The notes under the pieces were generated by a model, which saw nothing but the letters and a program-made list of their open reading frames with translations, made no database searches and was not told where the DNA came from. From contig CM000434.1 in assembly GCA_000165345.1 (NCBI GenBank), positions 1,088,001-1,152,000 on the forward strand: a DNA stretch of 64,000 nt, written 5' to 3'. How positions within the stretch are numbered: the first letter of the stretch is position 1; every line of letters starts with the position of its first letter. Position numbers and translations under genes: made by a program. Below are positions 1 through 11,111 of this stretch, piece after piece.

Positions 1-3000
1 GAAACAATATTTCTGGAATCGATTCCAACAATCCTAACTTTGAAAAAGGATATGAAGATAACCTCAAAAGTCTTTTTATTATTTCTTGTTGTTTTGAAAT
101 CTCTAATCCGTTCGCAACCTCCTTCTCTTCTCTTTGACTCTGGATTTGAGATGATACCCCCAATATCGAATTACTGCTATCAATATTTTGTGAAACCTGA
201 TTCTTATTCTGATTTTGGTCCTGATTATGATCATGATCAATACTATCAGAAATAGTACCCAAATCAGAAACTGTTCTCTCTTCAGTCTTACGAGCCAAAA
301 GCTCCTGATTTAGCTGTTCTCTCTCATCCTTTAGAGAATTACGTTCTGATAAAGCCTTATAAAGTTGGTCCTCCAAACGTGAACAATTGCCCTTTAATTT
401 CTGAATCTCTATCAATGCCTCCTGGTATTTTGCAAATAATTCACTAAACTCATTCTTCTCCTCCTTTAACTTCTGGAACTGTCTTCTTGCAAGTTTTCCC
501 CTCCATAATATTTGAGCCTTCAAAACACTTCCTGACAGTCGAATAAAGTATCTCCTCTGCAAATACATCCTAAATGTTGACTGAATTAAACAAACCCTTC
601 GGATATACAATTTCTCTTCAGCTTCCTTTCTTCTCAAATATACCCTCCATCTTGATTGAATCATTTTGACACATAACTGCATGCATTTCAACTTTTGGCG
701 CGCAACGTGTCCTCGGAAAATTGTCTGAATTTTCAAAGCAGCCTTTTCTTTAAGTAATAACTTAAATCTTCGTCTGGAAAGAACTCCTTTCCAGATACTC
801 TGGATGGTAATAATGGCTTTAATAGCCTTCGAGTATTGATTGCGACACAAAATCATCCTCCACAGACTCTGAATCTTTGTAGAAGCTGTATCTCTGACAC
901 GTACTCTAAGTTGTTCAAGATCTCGAAAAGCTTCAATCTTCAGAAACACTCTAGTAAGTCCAACTGCCCACTGAGTGGTTTGTTCATGTTTTGAAATCAA
1001 CCCAGAAGAATTTAAATTCTCCATTAACTCAATGATCTGACTCTTTCTTGTATTATTTGATTCAGACAAAGAAGTTACATTCTTTGTTTCTTGAACTTGA
1101 CCTGAATTTAATATACTTCTACACCATCTACCATATTCATCTCTAGACTTACTAATAGAAAGTTGTCCACATGGTGAAAAAAGTATCATATAATCAAGTA
1201 GAAATTCAAAATGTGGAAATCTTACAGGATATCCAGCACGACTAACTTGGATAGCTTGTAGTACTCCACCATACTTGAGTTGTTCTGAGACAGAAATTCT
1301 ATCAAATTCGTCTGGGGAGTTGTTACTATTTGGTTTGATGCATCTGATAAAATGAGGATTTGTTTGCTTAATAGTTGAAATTAGTTTGTTTAACTGATTT
1401 CTAAAAGATGATCCAAGAGTTTGTTGACGTTTTAACTTGGTGTTTGATTCAGAATCTAAGATATGATCTGAGAATTTAGCTTTTATCAAATCTGAAACCC
1501 AAGGATTCTCTGAGCTTGATAAAACTTCAGTGGAATAATGAGAAAGTTGGTCTTTATTTTTCTCTATAAAGTTATCAACACAGTATGAAACAGGGCCTGC
1601 ATAGTGGACTACCACAAAGTTGTTTGGCTTCTTTTTAACAATATCAAACCTGGTATTCTTTCCGCTATATTCCTTGACTAATTTATTCAATAATCCAATA
1701 TTTGATCCCTGTGGAACAAAACACTCTTCATCTATTGCTGGAAGAATTCCCAAAACTGGCTTTTGTTGTTGTAATAATTGAACACAATCTCCATTATCTG
1801 GAAAATCAATTGGATCCCAACTAATATCCTCTTGTATATACAAGTCCTGCTCAATGTTGAAAATATAATCATTAAATATTTGTTGTAATCTTTCATTTGC
1901 AAAGTTAATACAAAGCTGCTCAAAACTGTTATTTGGAAAGCATTCAAAACCAAAAATATCCAGAATCCCACAATACAAATCCTTTTTATCCTTTTCTTGG
2001 TGAGCATCATTAGTTTCATTTTCTCTTGCTCTAGATATCTGAGTGTTTACTAAATGCAAGATATAGTCAAATACTAGAGAATATAATGCTTTTGAAACTG
2101 CATCTTTTGTTGTTTCAGCTTCTTGTACGCTTAAATGTTTCATTATTTCTCCTTCTCTTAACTGAATCTTTCGGCAAGTTAATAGACGAACAATATCATC
2201 CTTAGGTATAGAAAGTAATGAAGAAACAATTTCCAAGTCTTGGAAACATGATTCATGAGGAATTGATGACTCTCCTTCATTTTCTATAAATGTAATATTA
2301 CCCAAGAACATGACTGCTTTAATTATTTTGATGATATTATAAAGTTGGTCATTCGTAATTCCCATAGTTCTTACAGCATATAATGTCCTTTCAAATTGGT
2401 GGAAGTCAGTTTCCTGGCATTCTGAACCCTCCAAGTACTTAAAATTCTTCTCTGAAACTATGTGAGAGAGATCTATTTCCATAGGATTCGAGAATAATTG
2501 CTCCCTTAATTGTGCCATATGAGGATTCAAGACAACATTCTCTGAATTTTTACGCGAAAATAATATGGACTCTGTATTATGTGAAGGGAATCTGTATATC
2601 AGATTCTCTTCATGAGAAGATCCTTGAGAAATAATATGCTTAGCAGCAGAGCAAAGCTGATAAAATATGTGAAAATTCCTCTCTCCTTTTTGTTGATGGC
2701 ATACTCTGACTTTTTCAAGCAAATAAGTATTTATACAGGCACTGCTAATGCACATTGAACTTGAATCAGACTCCAAAGTTGAATTAGAAGTCAACTCAGA
2801 GAACTGAATTTCGATAAACTTTCCAAACCTTGAGGAATTGTTATTTCTCAAAGTTTGAGAATTTCCAAAAGCTTCTAAAAGAGGATTGCTCTGAATAATC
2901 TGATCCTCAACAAATGAATATCTTTTCTCATTTCCAGTACCTGAATCACCAATACCAGAGCTAACACTATTGTTAGATGATCCAACAACTGTCAAAAATT

Positions 3001-3382
3001 GAAGAACAAACTTGGTTGTTTCAGTCTTTCCAGCTCCAGATTCCCCACTTATTAATATTGTTTGAGACTTCTTTTGAGTACAAACTCCAGTATATGCCTT
3101 ATTAGTAACACTAAACACATGTGGAATATCGGAATTACTCTTCAGCCTAAACTTCTGAATCATTTCCATAGAATAGAAACCTTCCAAAGTTCTATATGGA
3201 TTTACTGCAATTAAAATTGGGCCGGTAAATGTGTAAATCTTATCAAGATCAAACCTAGAATTAATTGCATGCAAAATTGAAGGCTGATGGAGATGAGTAA
3301 GTTCGCAAAGATCGTCCGGAGTAACCACACCACAATCTGAAAGTTGCTCAGCTGCTCTAATATGAAGCTGCCCCCCCGCCAT
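1..3382 (-). CDS. myosin heavy chain: motor domain, IQ motifs and start of coiled-coil tail; the C-terminal part lies beyond the window start
   Basis: Minus-strand ATG at 3382..3380. Translation MAGGQLHIRAAEQLSDCGVVTPDDL...SQTILISGESGAGKTETTKFVLQFL carries the myosin P-loop GESGAGKT. Further 3' (plus coordinates about 600-950) there are repeated IQ-type motifs (IQSIWKGVLSRRRFK, IQTIFRGHVARQKLK), then coiled-coil-like text running to position 1. It is absent from the ORF track, probably because it is open at the window edge. Frame continuity was read by eye only. Confidence 0.7.
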   Translation of the reverse strand, partial: MAGGQLHIRAAEQLSDCGVVTPDDLCELTHLHQPSILHAINSRFDLDKIYTFTGPILIAVNPYRTLEGFYSMEMIQKFRLKSNSDIPHVFSVTNKAYTGVCTQKKSQTILISGESGAGKTETTKFVLQFLTVVGSSNNSVSSGIGDSGTGNEKRYSFVEDQIIQSNPLLEAFGNSQTLRNNNSSRFGKFIEIQFSELTSNSTLESDSSSMCISSACINTYLLEKVRVCHQQKGERNFHIFYQLCSAAKHIISQGSSHEENLIYRFPSHNTESILFSRKNSENVVLNPHMAQLREQLFSNPMEIDLSHIVSEKNFKYLEGSECQETDFHQFERTLYAVRTMGITNDQLYNIIKIIKAVMFLGNITFIENEGESSIPHESCFQDLEIVSSLLSIPKDDIVRLLTCRKIQLREGEIMKHLSVQEAETTKDAVSKALYSLVFDYILHLVNTQISRARENETNDAHQEKDKKDLYCGILDIFGFECFPNNSFEQLCINFANERLQQIFNDYIFNIEQDLYIQEDISWDPIDFPDNGDCVQLLQQQKPVLGILPAIDEECFVPQGSNIGLLNKLVKEYSGKNTRFDIVKKKPNNFVVVHYAGPVSYCVDNFIEKNKDQLSHYSTEVLSSSENPWVSDLIKAKFSDHILDSESNTKLKRQQTLGSSFRNQLNKLISTIKQTNPHFIRCIKPNSNNSPDEFDRISVSEQLKYGGVLQAIQVSRAGYPVRFPHFEFLLDYMILFSPCGQLSISKSRDEYGRWCRSILNSGQVQETKNVTSLSESNNTRKSQIIELMENLNSSGLISKHEQTTQWAVGLTRVFLKIEAFRDLEQLRVRVRDTASTKIQSLWRMILCRNQYSKAIKAIITIQSIWKGVLSRRRFKLLLKEKAALKIQTIFRGHVARQKLKCMQLCVKMIQSRWRVYLRRKEAEEKLYIRRVCLIQSTFRMYLQRRYFIRLSGSVLKAQILWRGKLARRQFQKLKEEKNEFSELFAKYQEALIEIQKLKGNCSRLEDQLYKALSERNSLKDEREQLNQELLARKTEERTVSDLGTISDSIDHDHNQDQNQNKNQVSQNIDSSNSILGVSSQIQSQREEKEVANGLEISKQQEIIKRLLRLSSYPFSKLGLLESIPEILF

Positions 3383-3740
3383 GTTAGATCCAACCTCCAA
3401 AGGAAGTTTAAAAACAACTTCCTCTGAAACCTCCTCAAGTGTTAACTCATCAACCACATTTGAAACTTTGACTGAAATCTGTGAATCATCCACTCTAGAG
3501 ACAACGCCAGGCCTCCAAACCTCTTTGGGACATGGAATCCATACAAGTGACCCTGGCCCAAAAAGGCCAGTCCCTGAGTCCAGATCTCTGGAGTTCTTCA
3601 TAAGTACTTCCAGAGAATTGTGGCAATAATCCTTCAAAAAGAGCCTTGAATTTTTTACTTTCTCTATTTGAAGCTTTAAACTTTAATAAAAAAACATTAA
3701 ATTTTTCAATGCATTTAGACCGGGGTTAATTGATCTCCAA

Positions 3741-3750
3741 TTTTGGCGCC
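3741..3750. promoter_or_regulatory. E2F-like TTTTGGCGCC motif in the divergent promoter between the myosin and glutamine synthetase genes
   Basis: ttttggcgcc lies in the 575-bp region between the divergent start codons at 3382 (minus) and 3957 (plus). It is a member of the GGCGGG/GGCGCC family seen upstream of most genes in this window. Confidence 0.4.
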
Positions 3751-3956
3751 TTTACGATTTTCAGCATCCTTTAACCGGGAAAAGGTCTCCATACATGTTT
3801 TTTGCTATAAAATGCAAATTCAAGATATCCGGGATAGAATGAGGAGCATGGGGTTCGTTCGACTGAAATGCATAATTTTTTCTTATTTAGGGAACTGTTA
3901 ATTTGTCATCCCATATTCTGGGACTTTTATTTTATTCAATTTTAATAGTACAAGGA

Positions 3957-5402
3957 ATGAATAACTTCAAAGTTTCCAGTTTCGTATGCAGAAGTTTTGA
4001 TGAGCTTTACTCCGCTATTCAGACGGAAAATATTGAATACTTGAACTACTCATTTTGTGATACTTTTGGATCCCTTCATCATATTACAATTAGTTCAAAT
4101 TCGTTTAAATCTGGTAAAGATATACAAAAAGGAATTGCATTCGATTCTAGCTCAGTAAGAGGGATGCAGTTTGGAGACTTCTCGGATATGATCGTCGTTC
4201 CAGACTTTGAGAAGGTTTGGATTGACCCATTTTTTGACAGGAAAACCCTCCATGTTGCTTGTTTTGTATTATTCCATACTGGAGAACCTTCCCCTGGTTG
4301 TGTTAGATCAATCTCAAAAAGAGCTCAAGAAGCTCTTTCATTATCCGGGATTGCTGATAAATGTTTTATTGGACCAGAAATTGAATTCTTTGTATTTGAG
4401 TCTGTCAGCTATAATAACTCACCAAACCACAGCTATTTTTGTTTAGACGGCGATGAGGCTTATTGGAATTCTGGTAACAACGCAACTTTCTACCCCCATA
4501 ATAGACCAAATCTTGCAAGTAGAAGACCTCTAAAACAGGCATATTGCGCTCCTTATCCCGTAGATAGAGATTTATCATTGAGAAGTGAAATTCTTGAAGA
4601 GCTTGAGAATATTGGAGTAACAGTAGAAAAGCATCACCATGAGGTTGCAACCTGCCAACATGAAATTGGTGTTCATTGCTCAACCCTTGTTCAGTCAGCT
4701 GATATTGTTGAATCCATCAGATATCTTATAAAAGGAATTGCACATAGAAATAACAAAACTGCCACATTTATGCCAAAACCACTTGGAAATGATAATGGGA
4801 GTGGAATGCATATCAATATTTCTCTTTGGAAAAACGAAAAGAACATATTCTTTGACCCTGAATCAAGTTATTATAATTTATCCAACCAGGCTCTTTACTT
4901 CATTGGTGGAATACTCTCCCATGCAAAGGCTATTATGGCCTTTACAAATCCCACAACCAATAGTTATAAAAGACTTGCTACTGGCTATGAAACTCCAACT
5001 AAGCTTTCATATGGAGCTGGTGACAGAAGCTCTTCTATTAGAATACCTTTGTCAGGGTTTTCATGTACAAAAACCCAAAGAATCGAATTTAGAATCCCTG
5101 ACTCATCTGCATGCCCTCATTTGGCTTTTTCCGCCATTTTGTGTGCTGGAATTGATGGTATTTTGCATAAAATACACCCAGCTGCTTACTTGAATACCAT
5201 TAAGTCTCAAAGTAACGAATATAATTTGCCAAAATCACTTACTGAGGCTCTTCAAAACCTTGAAGAAGATTACGAATTCCTTATCAAAGATGGAGTTTTT
5301 TCGCATGAGTTTATTCTCAACTACATTAAGCTTAAACGCGACGAGGTTGTTCTAGTTGAGTCTTTTCCAACCCCCAAAGAGTTTGAACTGTATTATGACT
5401 GA
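3957..5402 (+). CDS. glutamine synthetase (GlnA-type catalytic domain)
   Basis: ORF 3903..5402 starts on a TTG; the first ATG is at 3957 (MNNFKVSS...). Motifs GPEIEFFVF, NGSGMHINISLW, NPTTNSYKRL, DRSSSIRIP and RIEFRIPDS match the conserved signature regions of glutamine synthetase. Confidence 0.8.
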   Translation: MNNFKVSSFVCRSFDELYSAIQTENIEYLNYSFCDTFGSLHHITISSNSFKSGKDIQKGIAFDSSSVRGMQFGDFSDMIVVPDFEKVWIDPFFDRKTLHVACFVLFHTGEPSPGCVRSISKRAQEALSLSGIADKCFIGPEIEFFVFESVSYNNSPNHSYFCLDGDEAYWNSGNNATFYPHNRPNLASRRPLKQAYCAPYPVDRDLSLRSEILEELENIGVTVEKHHHEVATCQHEIGVHCSTLVQSADIVESIRYLIKGIAHRNNKTATFMPKPLGNDNGSGMHINISLWKNEKNIFFDPESSYYNLSNQALYFIGGILSHAKAIMAFTNPTTNSYKRLATGYETPTKLSYGAGDRSSSIRIPLSGFSCTKTQRIEFRIPDSSACPHLAFSAILCAGIDGILHKIHPAAYLNTIKSQSNEYNLPKSLTEALQNLEEDYEFLIKDGVFSHEFILNYIKLKRDEVVLVESFPTPKEFELYYD

Positions 5403-5565
5403 ATTATAAACATTAAATGATATTTTGAAAACTCAAGCCCACTTATATACAAATATTCAGTTTTAAACACTAACTTTTTTTATTTTCTCTTTACTAAATT
5501 TCTCTCTCTTGCTCCAGTTCTGTTATGCATGCAAGAATACAAATTACCGTTGCATGTTTTGTAAG

Positions 5566-5594
5566 TTGGCGCTACACGTAGTGGGCGCCAAGTG
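5566..5594. promoter_or_regulatory. paired GGCGC motifs (ttggcgctacacgtagtgggcgccaagtg) with flanking GCATGC, upstream of the RPC34 gene
   Basis: Two inverted GGCGC(C) cores sit 125-150 bp upstream of the ATG at 5718. tgcatgcaag is at 5526-5535. Confidence 0.4.
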
Positions 5595-5717
5595 TCAATA
5601 AATCAATTTAAATACTCGTAAATGAAGATTTAGGTAATAAGAAAAATAAGAGAATACAAAGTACTTGAGAAATTTGCCAAGCTTTTCAAGGGTTACTAAG
5701 TTATTTTCTATTTATGA

Positions 5718-6677
5718 ATGAGTCAACCTGGAGGTGCTGGGGGCAGTAAGACGCAAATTACAGCTGCTATATTGCAGGAGGCGTATATTCATGGTTGTCA
5801 GAACAATAACGAGCTCAGTCCTGACTCTTTGAAATCATTAGGCTGGGACAATTCTGTAATTGTACGAGTACTGAATATTTTTACCGAGAAAAGGCTTTGC
5901 TCTGTAAAAAAAAATAGGCCATCTGGATTATTAAGCTCTGTAAATAATAAAGTAGTTTTTCAATTAAGAACTGAAGAAGTCGCATGTAAACTTAATAAAC
6001 TCTCCAATGAGGAGTATCTCGTTTTTTGCTCAATAGAAGATGCAGGTAACCAAGGAATTTGGACCGCTGATATTAGAAAAAATACAGGTTTACAAACACA
6101 TGTTGTACAACGAGCAGTAAAGGTATTATGCAATGATTGGAATCTTATCCGGCCAGTTAAAAGTATCCATGTTAAGAATAGAAAAGTTTACATTTTAGCT
6201 TCCTTAGAACCTTCTAAAGAGCTTTCTGGAGGTACTTTCTACGAAAACGGAGAGTTTGATATGGCTTTTGTAGATAGTATTAAGGAAAAGATTATATCCT
6301 TTATAGACAGCAAAAGAAAGTGTACCCTCCAAGAAATACTTGAATTCATCAATTATGATATGAATATGGATTCTTCTTCCGCAAGAAAGAATATATCACT
6401 CTCGGATCTACAATCCGTAATAAATATGCTTATTGTTGAACTTAAAATTATATGTGTCAAAGGAGGAAATTCTAATTCAAATGAAAATTTTTTCATGTGC
6501 TTAAAATGGCCAGAATCCCTCTCTGTTACTCCAGAGGCAGAAGATGTTCCTTGTTTGGCTTGCCCTGTTTTTGAAACATGCTCTTGGTCATTTGAATCTC
6601 AAATACTTCCCTGCCCTCAATTATGTAAATATATTGATTACTCGCTAAAAAATTGCAAACCTTTACTGCCAGAATAA
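5718..6677 (+). CDS. RNA polymerase III subunit RPC34/RPC6 (POLR3F-like)
   Basis: ATG at 5718 (MSQPGGAGG...). The segment KVYILASLEPSKELSGGTFYENGEFDMAFVDSI resembles the POLR3F region ...GGAWYSDQDFESEFVEVL. The C-terminal Cys cluster (CLACPVFETC...CPQLC) resembles the Fe-S/Cys-rich tail of RPC34. The match is from memory, not a search. Confidence 0.55.
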   Translation: MSQPGGAGGSKTQITAAILQEAYIHGCQNNNELSPDSLKSLGWDNSVIVRVLNIFTEKRLCSVKKNRPSGLLSSVNNKVVFQLRTEEVACKLNKLSNEEYLVFCSIEDAGNQGIWTADIRKNTGLQTHVVQRAVKVLCNDWNLIRPVKSIHVKNRKVYILASLEPSKELSGGTFYENGEFDMAFVDSIKEKIISFIDSKRKCTLQEILEFINYDMNMDSSSARKNISLSDLQSVINMLIVELKIICVKGGNSNSNENFFMCLKWPESLSVTPEAEDVPCLACPVFETCSWSFESQILPCPQLCKYIDYSLKNCKPLLPE

Positions 6678-7157
6678 AATAACTTCAGCCCATCTATATT
6701 GCATCCTCTCTATCCTAGGATAATCTATTATTATAATTTATACTCCTATTATTCACTAAGTACTTGATGAAAATAAACAAATGATTTTTAAATATTATTA
6801 AACTTAGAGACTTAAATCCTAAACAGTTTTCTGAATCTCGTCTATATATCCTATCTTCCTATCCCTAAAAACTACCATCTCCTCTAAGCTTATTACCTAT
6901 ACATGGAAATTTGCATTATCATTGCTCAGCATCATTACTAACTCTCCTTTCCCTTACAAACTTTCTAATAATTAATATTCCATACGAATTCCTGAATCCT
7001 AACAACAACATTGTTAGGAATGTCCAGAAGAAAAAGATCGCCAACAATCAATTCAATTTTCCAAACTCTTATGTTAATAGGCCTCAAAATATACAATTCT
7101 CAATATACGAATGCATGCATTCATGTGGACAACCTATAATTTTGTCCAAATTGAAAA

Positions 7158-8132
7158 TTATTGCATGCACGCGCCTTCCAGGATTTTTACGATTTCTGAG
7201 TGACCTTGTGATTCAGCTGCGTCCTTAGGAGTTAAGCCTTGCTTATTTTTGTATCTTGGGTCTGCACCATTCTTAAGTAATGTTTTTACAGTATTTTCAT
7301 GACCCATAAAAGCGGCAGAAAATATAGGTGTATCTCCAAGAGCGCTCACAGCATTTGGATTTGCTCCTGCATTTAATAGTTTGTTTACTATCTCATCAAA
7401 TCCATTGCTTGCTGAAAAGTGCAAAGGAGTACAGAGCATAACATTCTTAGTATTGGGTTCAGCATTGGCATTTAACAATTCTTCAACTACTTGGCTATGC
7501 CCTTTAAGAGAAGCCCAGTGAAGCGAAGAAAACCCCTTTTCATTTGTAGCATTTGCATTGAATTTGGGAGATGCAATTAGTTGACGAACTAATTGAAGAT
7601 TCCCAATCTTAGAAGCTTTAAGTATTAATGAATTTTGTCTTTCAGCAGGAAGTGAAAATACATCAGTATCGCTTAATATACTAAATTCTGAGATATTATC
7701 TTCAGAATTTGACAATACTGACAAGCTTGAGTTTGTATCTAGCTCGCAAACTTGGCAAGTATCCTTTTCATTCTCAGTCTTATCTAACCGATAAATACTA
7801 CCAGAAGTCCTTCCCTTTCCTTTAATATTATCCTGAAATCTGTTCTCAAACCCAAATGAAGGCAGTTTTTGGCTTCGAATATTATCTTGTTTGTAAACTT
7901 GGTTGCTATTTCCTAATGTCTTTAATCCATTGCTCCTGTTCGAGTTTGAAAATCTTCCACTTGGAGCTATCAGATTTGTATTCACCGCCTCCTCATTTTC
8001 AAGTTGGAAATCCTCATCTGCACTATAATAACAGTCCTCTGGTAAGCTTCCTTTGAGGCTAGCTAAAGCTTTTGTATTGGATGAGCTTTCACTGTATTTA
8101 GTGCTTTCTAGCTCCGACTGTTGATTATCCAT
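7158..8132 (-). CDS. ankyrin-repeat protein
   Basis: ATG at 8132..8130 (MDNQQSELES...). The C-terminal half has about 4 consecutive ankyrin repeats (GFSSLHWASLKGHSQVVEELLNANAEPN..., CTPLHFSASNGFDEIVNKLLNAGANPN..., DTPIFSAAFMGHENTVKTLLKNGADPR..., LTPKDAAESQGHSEIVKIL). Confidence 0.75.
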   Translation of the reverse strand: MDNQQSELESTKYSESSSNTKALASLKGSLPEDCYYSADEDFQLENEEAVNTNLIAPSGRFSNSNRSNGLKTLGNSNQVYKQDNIRSQKLPSFGFENRFQDNIKGKGRTSGSIYRLDKTENEKDTCQVCELDTNSSLSVLSNSEDNISEFSILSDTDVFSLPAERQNSLILKASKIGNLQLVRQLIASPKFNANATNEKGFSSLHWASLKGHSQVVEELLNANAEPNTKNVMLCTPLHFSASNGFDEIVNKLLNAGANPNAVSALGDTPIFSAAFMGHENTVKTLLKNGADPRYKNKQGLTPKDAAESQGHSEIVKILEGACMQ

Positions 8133-8772
8133 AGAAAAATAAAGGACACAGTTTATACTTCCTCTCTAATTCAATAATTTTAAAAACAATTATTAGTCAA
8201 ATTGTTATTTAAAAAAAATTCTTTATAATTTATTCCTGTTTCTCAATTGATTTAATTTCACCAAAAATAAGCACAGATTGTGAGTATTACAAAGATGTCA
8301 AAAAAATATATGTTTACTCTATTAATTCTCAAGGTAGACTCTATTTGCCACCTCTTGTGTTGAATCTTTACAAATCCTTCAGCTACCACAATCAAAATCC
8401 CTTGGGCATTCTGACGCCTGAAAAACCTAAGGATAATTCTATATTGAGGCTACTGCCAATTAACTATTTGTCCTAAACCAGCAGTCTGCCACTTTACCCA
8501 CAACAAATAATGCCCTTAATTTTTTGTTTGTACAATTCCTTTCCAATTATCCTATGATTTATAATTATAATTGTGAGGAACTTCTCATCCTCGAGCAATG
8601 CAATTTGGGTCTGCATTTTGCGGGACAATAACGCGAATTCGAGCATGTTGGCGCCAACCTGTTTTTATGAACAAAGATCAATACGAAAATATAAAAGTAA
8701 TATATTGAGAAATCTATAAATTTATCTAAATTAAATAGTTTGAATATGTGTAATGATCACCTATTTTGTTAA

Positions 8773-9321
8773 TTAAATCATCTTTAATGCATTGTAGATA
8801 ATTATGTTCTTTTTTGTGGGAATTTTGAAATCAGAAAACGGAACTACTAGGGATTTTTCGTCTTTAATTATGAGTCCAATACATGGTGAAAGTTCCATAT
8901 AAGTCATTTTGTCGTAGATAATAGCAGAGATTATCTTTGTCGTTTCAATAAAAGAACAGGATCTTCCAAAAAGATATTCCGTCTCTAGTTGGACTCCAAT
9001 TCCATAGAAAATCAAGATTGACTGACGTCTAACTCTAACTTTTCTATAATATATCAAGAAAATCATTAAAATTGGGATGACTCTCAGCCAAGTCGAAAGG
9101 CTAAAAACCCCTTTATTAAGGATTTGAGTAGCAATATAGGCTATTCCTGAAACCAAAACTATAGGAAAATATGTTCTTTTCTTTGAAGCATTAAATTTAG
9201 CCACAGAATTACCATAGTAGGTTGTTTGGAACTGGTAATCTTTGAAGTCGTTTGTCTCAATCTTGGTCGTCTCTGCGTTTTCCTCGAAATTACAGATATT
9301 GCTACCATTAGGATTTTTCAT
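8773..9321 (-). CDS. GPI-GlcNAc transferase subunit PIG-H / Gpi15-like small membrane protein
   Basis: ATG at 9321..9319 (MKNPNGS...). Two hydrophobic segments (PIVLVSGIAYIATQIL, LRVIPILMIFLIYY) are followed by ...ILIFYGIGVQLETEYLFGRSCSFIETTKIISAIIYDKM...VVPFS. This parallels human PIG-H ...LLIIDSLGIQMTSSY...TFIEMGKVKDIVINEAIYMQKV...VVPVF (recalled from memory). Confidence 0.5.
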   Translation of the reverse strand: MKNPNGSNICNFEENAETTKIETNDFKDYQFQTTYYGNSVAKFNASKKRTYFPIVLVSGIAYIATQILNKGVFSLSTWLRVIPILMIFLIYYRKVRVRRQSILIFYGIGVQLETEYLFGRSCSFIETTKIISAIIYDKMTYMELSPCIGLIIKDEKSLVVPFSDFKIPTKKNIIIYNALKMI

Positions 9322-9587
9322 TGTTCATATTTTTTAAACACACTTAACCTTTTATCAAGCAATTCTCATCGTTTAGCTATCATAGAAGGAATCCTACCTT
9401 ATTCAACTTTAAATGAACAAATAATTTTTGCTCAAATAACCAAAAAATTTCACTATGCCGGTATTCACGAATTTTTACACGTAATTTATTCAAGGGCGCG
9501 ATAAATTCCCACAAATTAATTAGTGGAAAAAATATATAAGTTAGAAATTTACAGGTCCAAGAAGATTGCTCTTCAGAGACAAGAAAA

Positions 9588-10803
9588 ATGTTTTCTACTT
9601 CTTCTTTTGGGTCCCAGAATAAGTACAATGTGAATAATAGTATTGAACTTTCCAACTGCCCAAATGACTCTATCAGTAAGGTAAGTTACTCAAATTCAAT
9701 AGAATCTTGGATAAGCCATACAATGAAAGACTTCTCCAGATTTGAAACATCCACTTTAGAGCATTTACTCATGTTATTGTCTTGTTTAGGTATGCTGGTC
9801 AATGAATTCTTCTCTATTAGCTGCATCTTCCTGGGATAAATCCGTCACGGTTTGGGAAGTACAACATATGGGCGGAAATTCTGTCAACACTCGGTTTGGT
9901 AAGTTTCTGATTTCCCCTAAAGTCTTTAATGACTTACTAATTGTCTTTATAGGAGCTTCTTTTCAGCATTCTGCACCAGTTTTGGACTGTGCCATAAGTT
10001 CAGATAGTAGGTATCTCTTTTCTGGAGGATGCGATAATGAGCTTAAGATGCATGATATGTCATCAAGACAAAGTCAAACAATAGGAAGACATGATGCTCC
10101 TATTTCTAATATATTCTGGTGTGATGAACAAAAGTTTGTGGTAACAGGAAGCTGGGACAAAACTATCAAATTCTGGAATGGACAATCTCAGAATCCAATT
10201 TATTCTCTAAGTATACCAGAGAGAGTATATGCAATGGACCTCAAGTATCCTGCCTTAGTGGTTGCAGCAGCAGATAATGCAGTATATGTCTGGAATCTCC
10301 AGAATATTACTCCAACTCCTTATAAGAGAATTCAAACCCAGCTTAAGCTTCAACCAAGATCAATATCTCTTTTCCCAGATAGAACAGGTTTTGCTATTGG
10401 CTCGATTGAAGGTAGATGTGCTATTGCCCACATAGAGGAGTCTCATAGAGATAAGAACTTCCCTTTTAGATGTCATAGAGTCACAAGTAGCAGCCCTGAT
10501 ATTGCTTATTCCATAAACAGCATTGATTTTCATCTACAGTATGGAACGTTTGCTACCGGTGGGAGTGACGGTGCTATAGCCTTTTGGGATAAAGATAACA
10601 AATCCAGATTAACAATCATGAAGACAATGCCAGCTCCCGTAACTGATATTAAATTTAGTCCGTCTGGGAAACTCCTTGCATATTCTCTAAGCTATGATTG
10701 GAGCAAAGGATACGATAATACTGCGATTAACAACAGCTGCAACAAAGTCTTATTACACGTAATGAATGATGAACATGTATGTCCCAAGGGAAAACGTAGC
10801 TAG
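9588..10803 (+). CDS. RAE1: mRNA export factor RAE1/GLE2 (WD40); 3 exons
   Basis: Model join(9588..9680, 9790..9898, 9953..10803). Intron 1 is GTAAGT at 9681 and AG at 9788-9789. Intron 2 is GTAAGT at 9899 and AG at 9951-9952 (codon GGT split in phase 1). The spliced product MFSTSSFGSQNKYN...CPNDSISK/VCWSMNSSLLAASSWDKSVTVWEVQ.../GASFQHSAPVLDCAISSD...GSWDKTIKFWNGQSQNPIYSLSIPERVYAMD...DKNFPFRCHR...GTFATGGSDGAIAFWDKD...AYSLSYDWSKG has an FG-rich N-terminus and WD-repeat order matching RAE1; BUB3 lacks the YDWSKG tail. Confidence 0.75.
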
Positions 10804-10990
10804 AACCTAGATATCAGCCTAAATTAACACTATATAGATGTCTTTTATAGTAAAGGGAAACAAAATCCCAAAATATTGACACTCCATTCTAGAAATATAG
10901 CTCCCTGCTAATTAATTATATATTTATAATTAAATTTTCCCCTCCATCTTTTGCATGCAATTGGAAATTAATACAATAAATTAAAAATTT

Positions 10991-11037
10991 AGGCGGGAAA
11001 TTGGCTGAAATTATTGAAATAGAGAGACGCCGCCGCG
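10991..11037. promoter_or_regulatory. GGCGGGAAA (E2F-like) plus GC-rich gacgccgccgcgg element upstream of RPL26
   Basis: aggcgggaaattgg is at 10991-11004 and gacgccgccgcgg at 11025-11037, 75-120 bp upstream of the RPL26 ATG at 11112. ttgcatgcaattgg is at about 10950. Confidence 0.45.
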
Positions 11038-11111
11038 GTTTTGAAATTAGTCTCTGCTTTGTTAGGGAAATTTCATTGTTTGAGAAATTTTAGTTTAAGG
11101 TAAAAACGAAG

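Noticed and set aside
693-706. ttttggcgcgcaac E2F-like motif
   Set aside because: It lies inside the myosin coding region, far from any start codon, so it is most likely a chance occurrence rather than a promoter element.
3841-3860. ggggttcgttcgac resembling a tRNA T-arm (GGTTCGA)
   Set aside because: The rest of a cloverleaf (acceptor stem, anticodon arm, downstream TCC/ACCA context) cannot be built.
4207-5193. Several small ORFs (4207..4446 plus, 4405..4683 minus, 4738..5193 plus) inside the glutamine synthetase gene
   Set aside because: They are alternative-frame or antisense ORFs within a well-supported conserved CDS.
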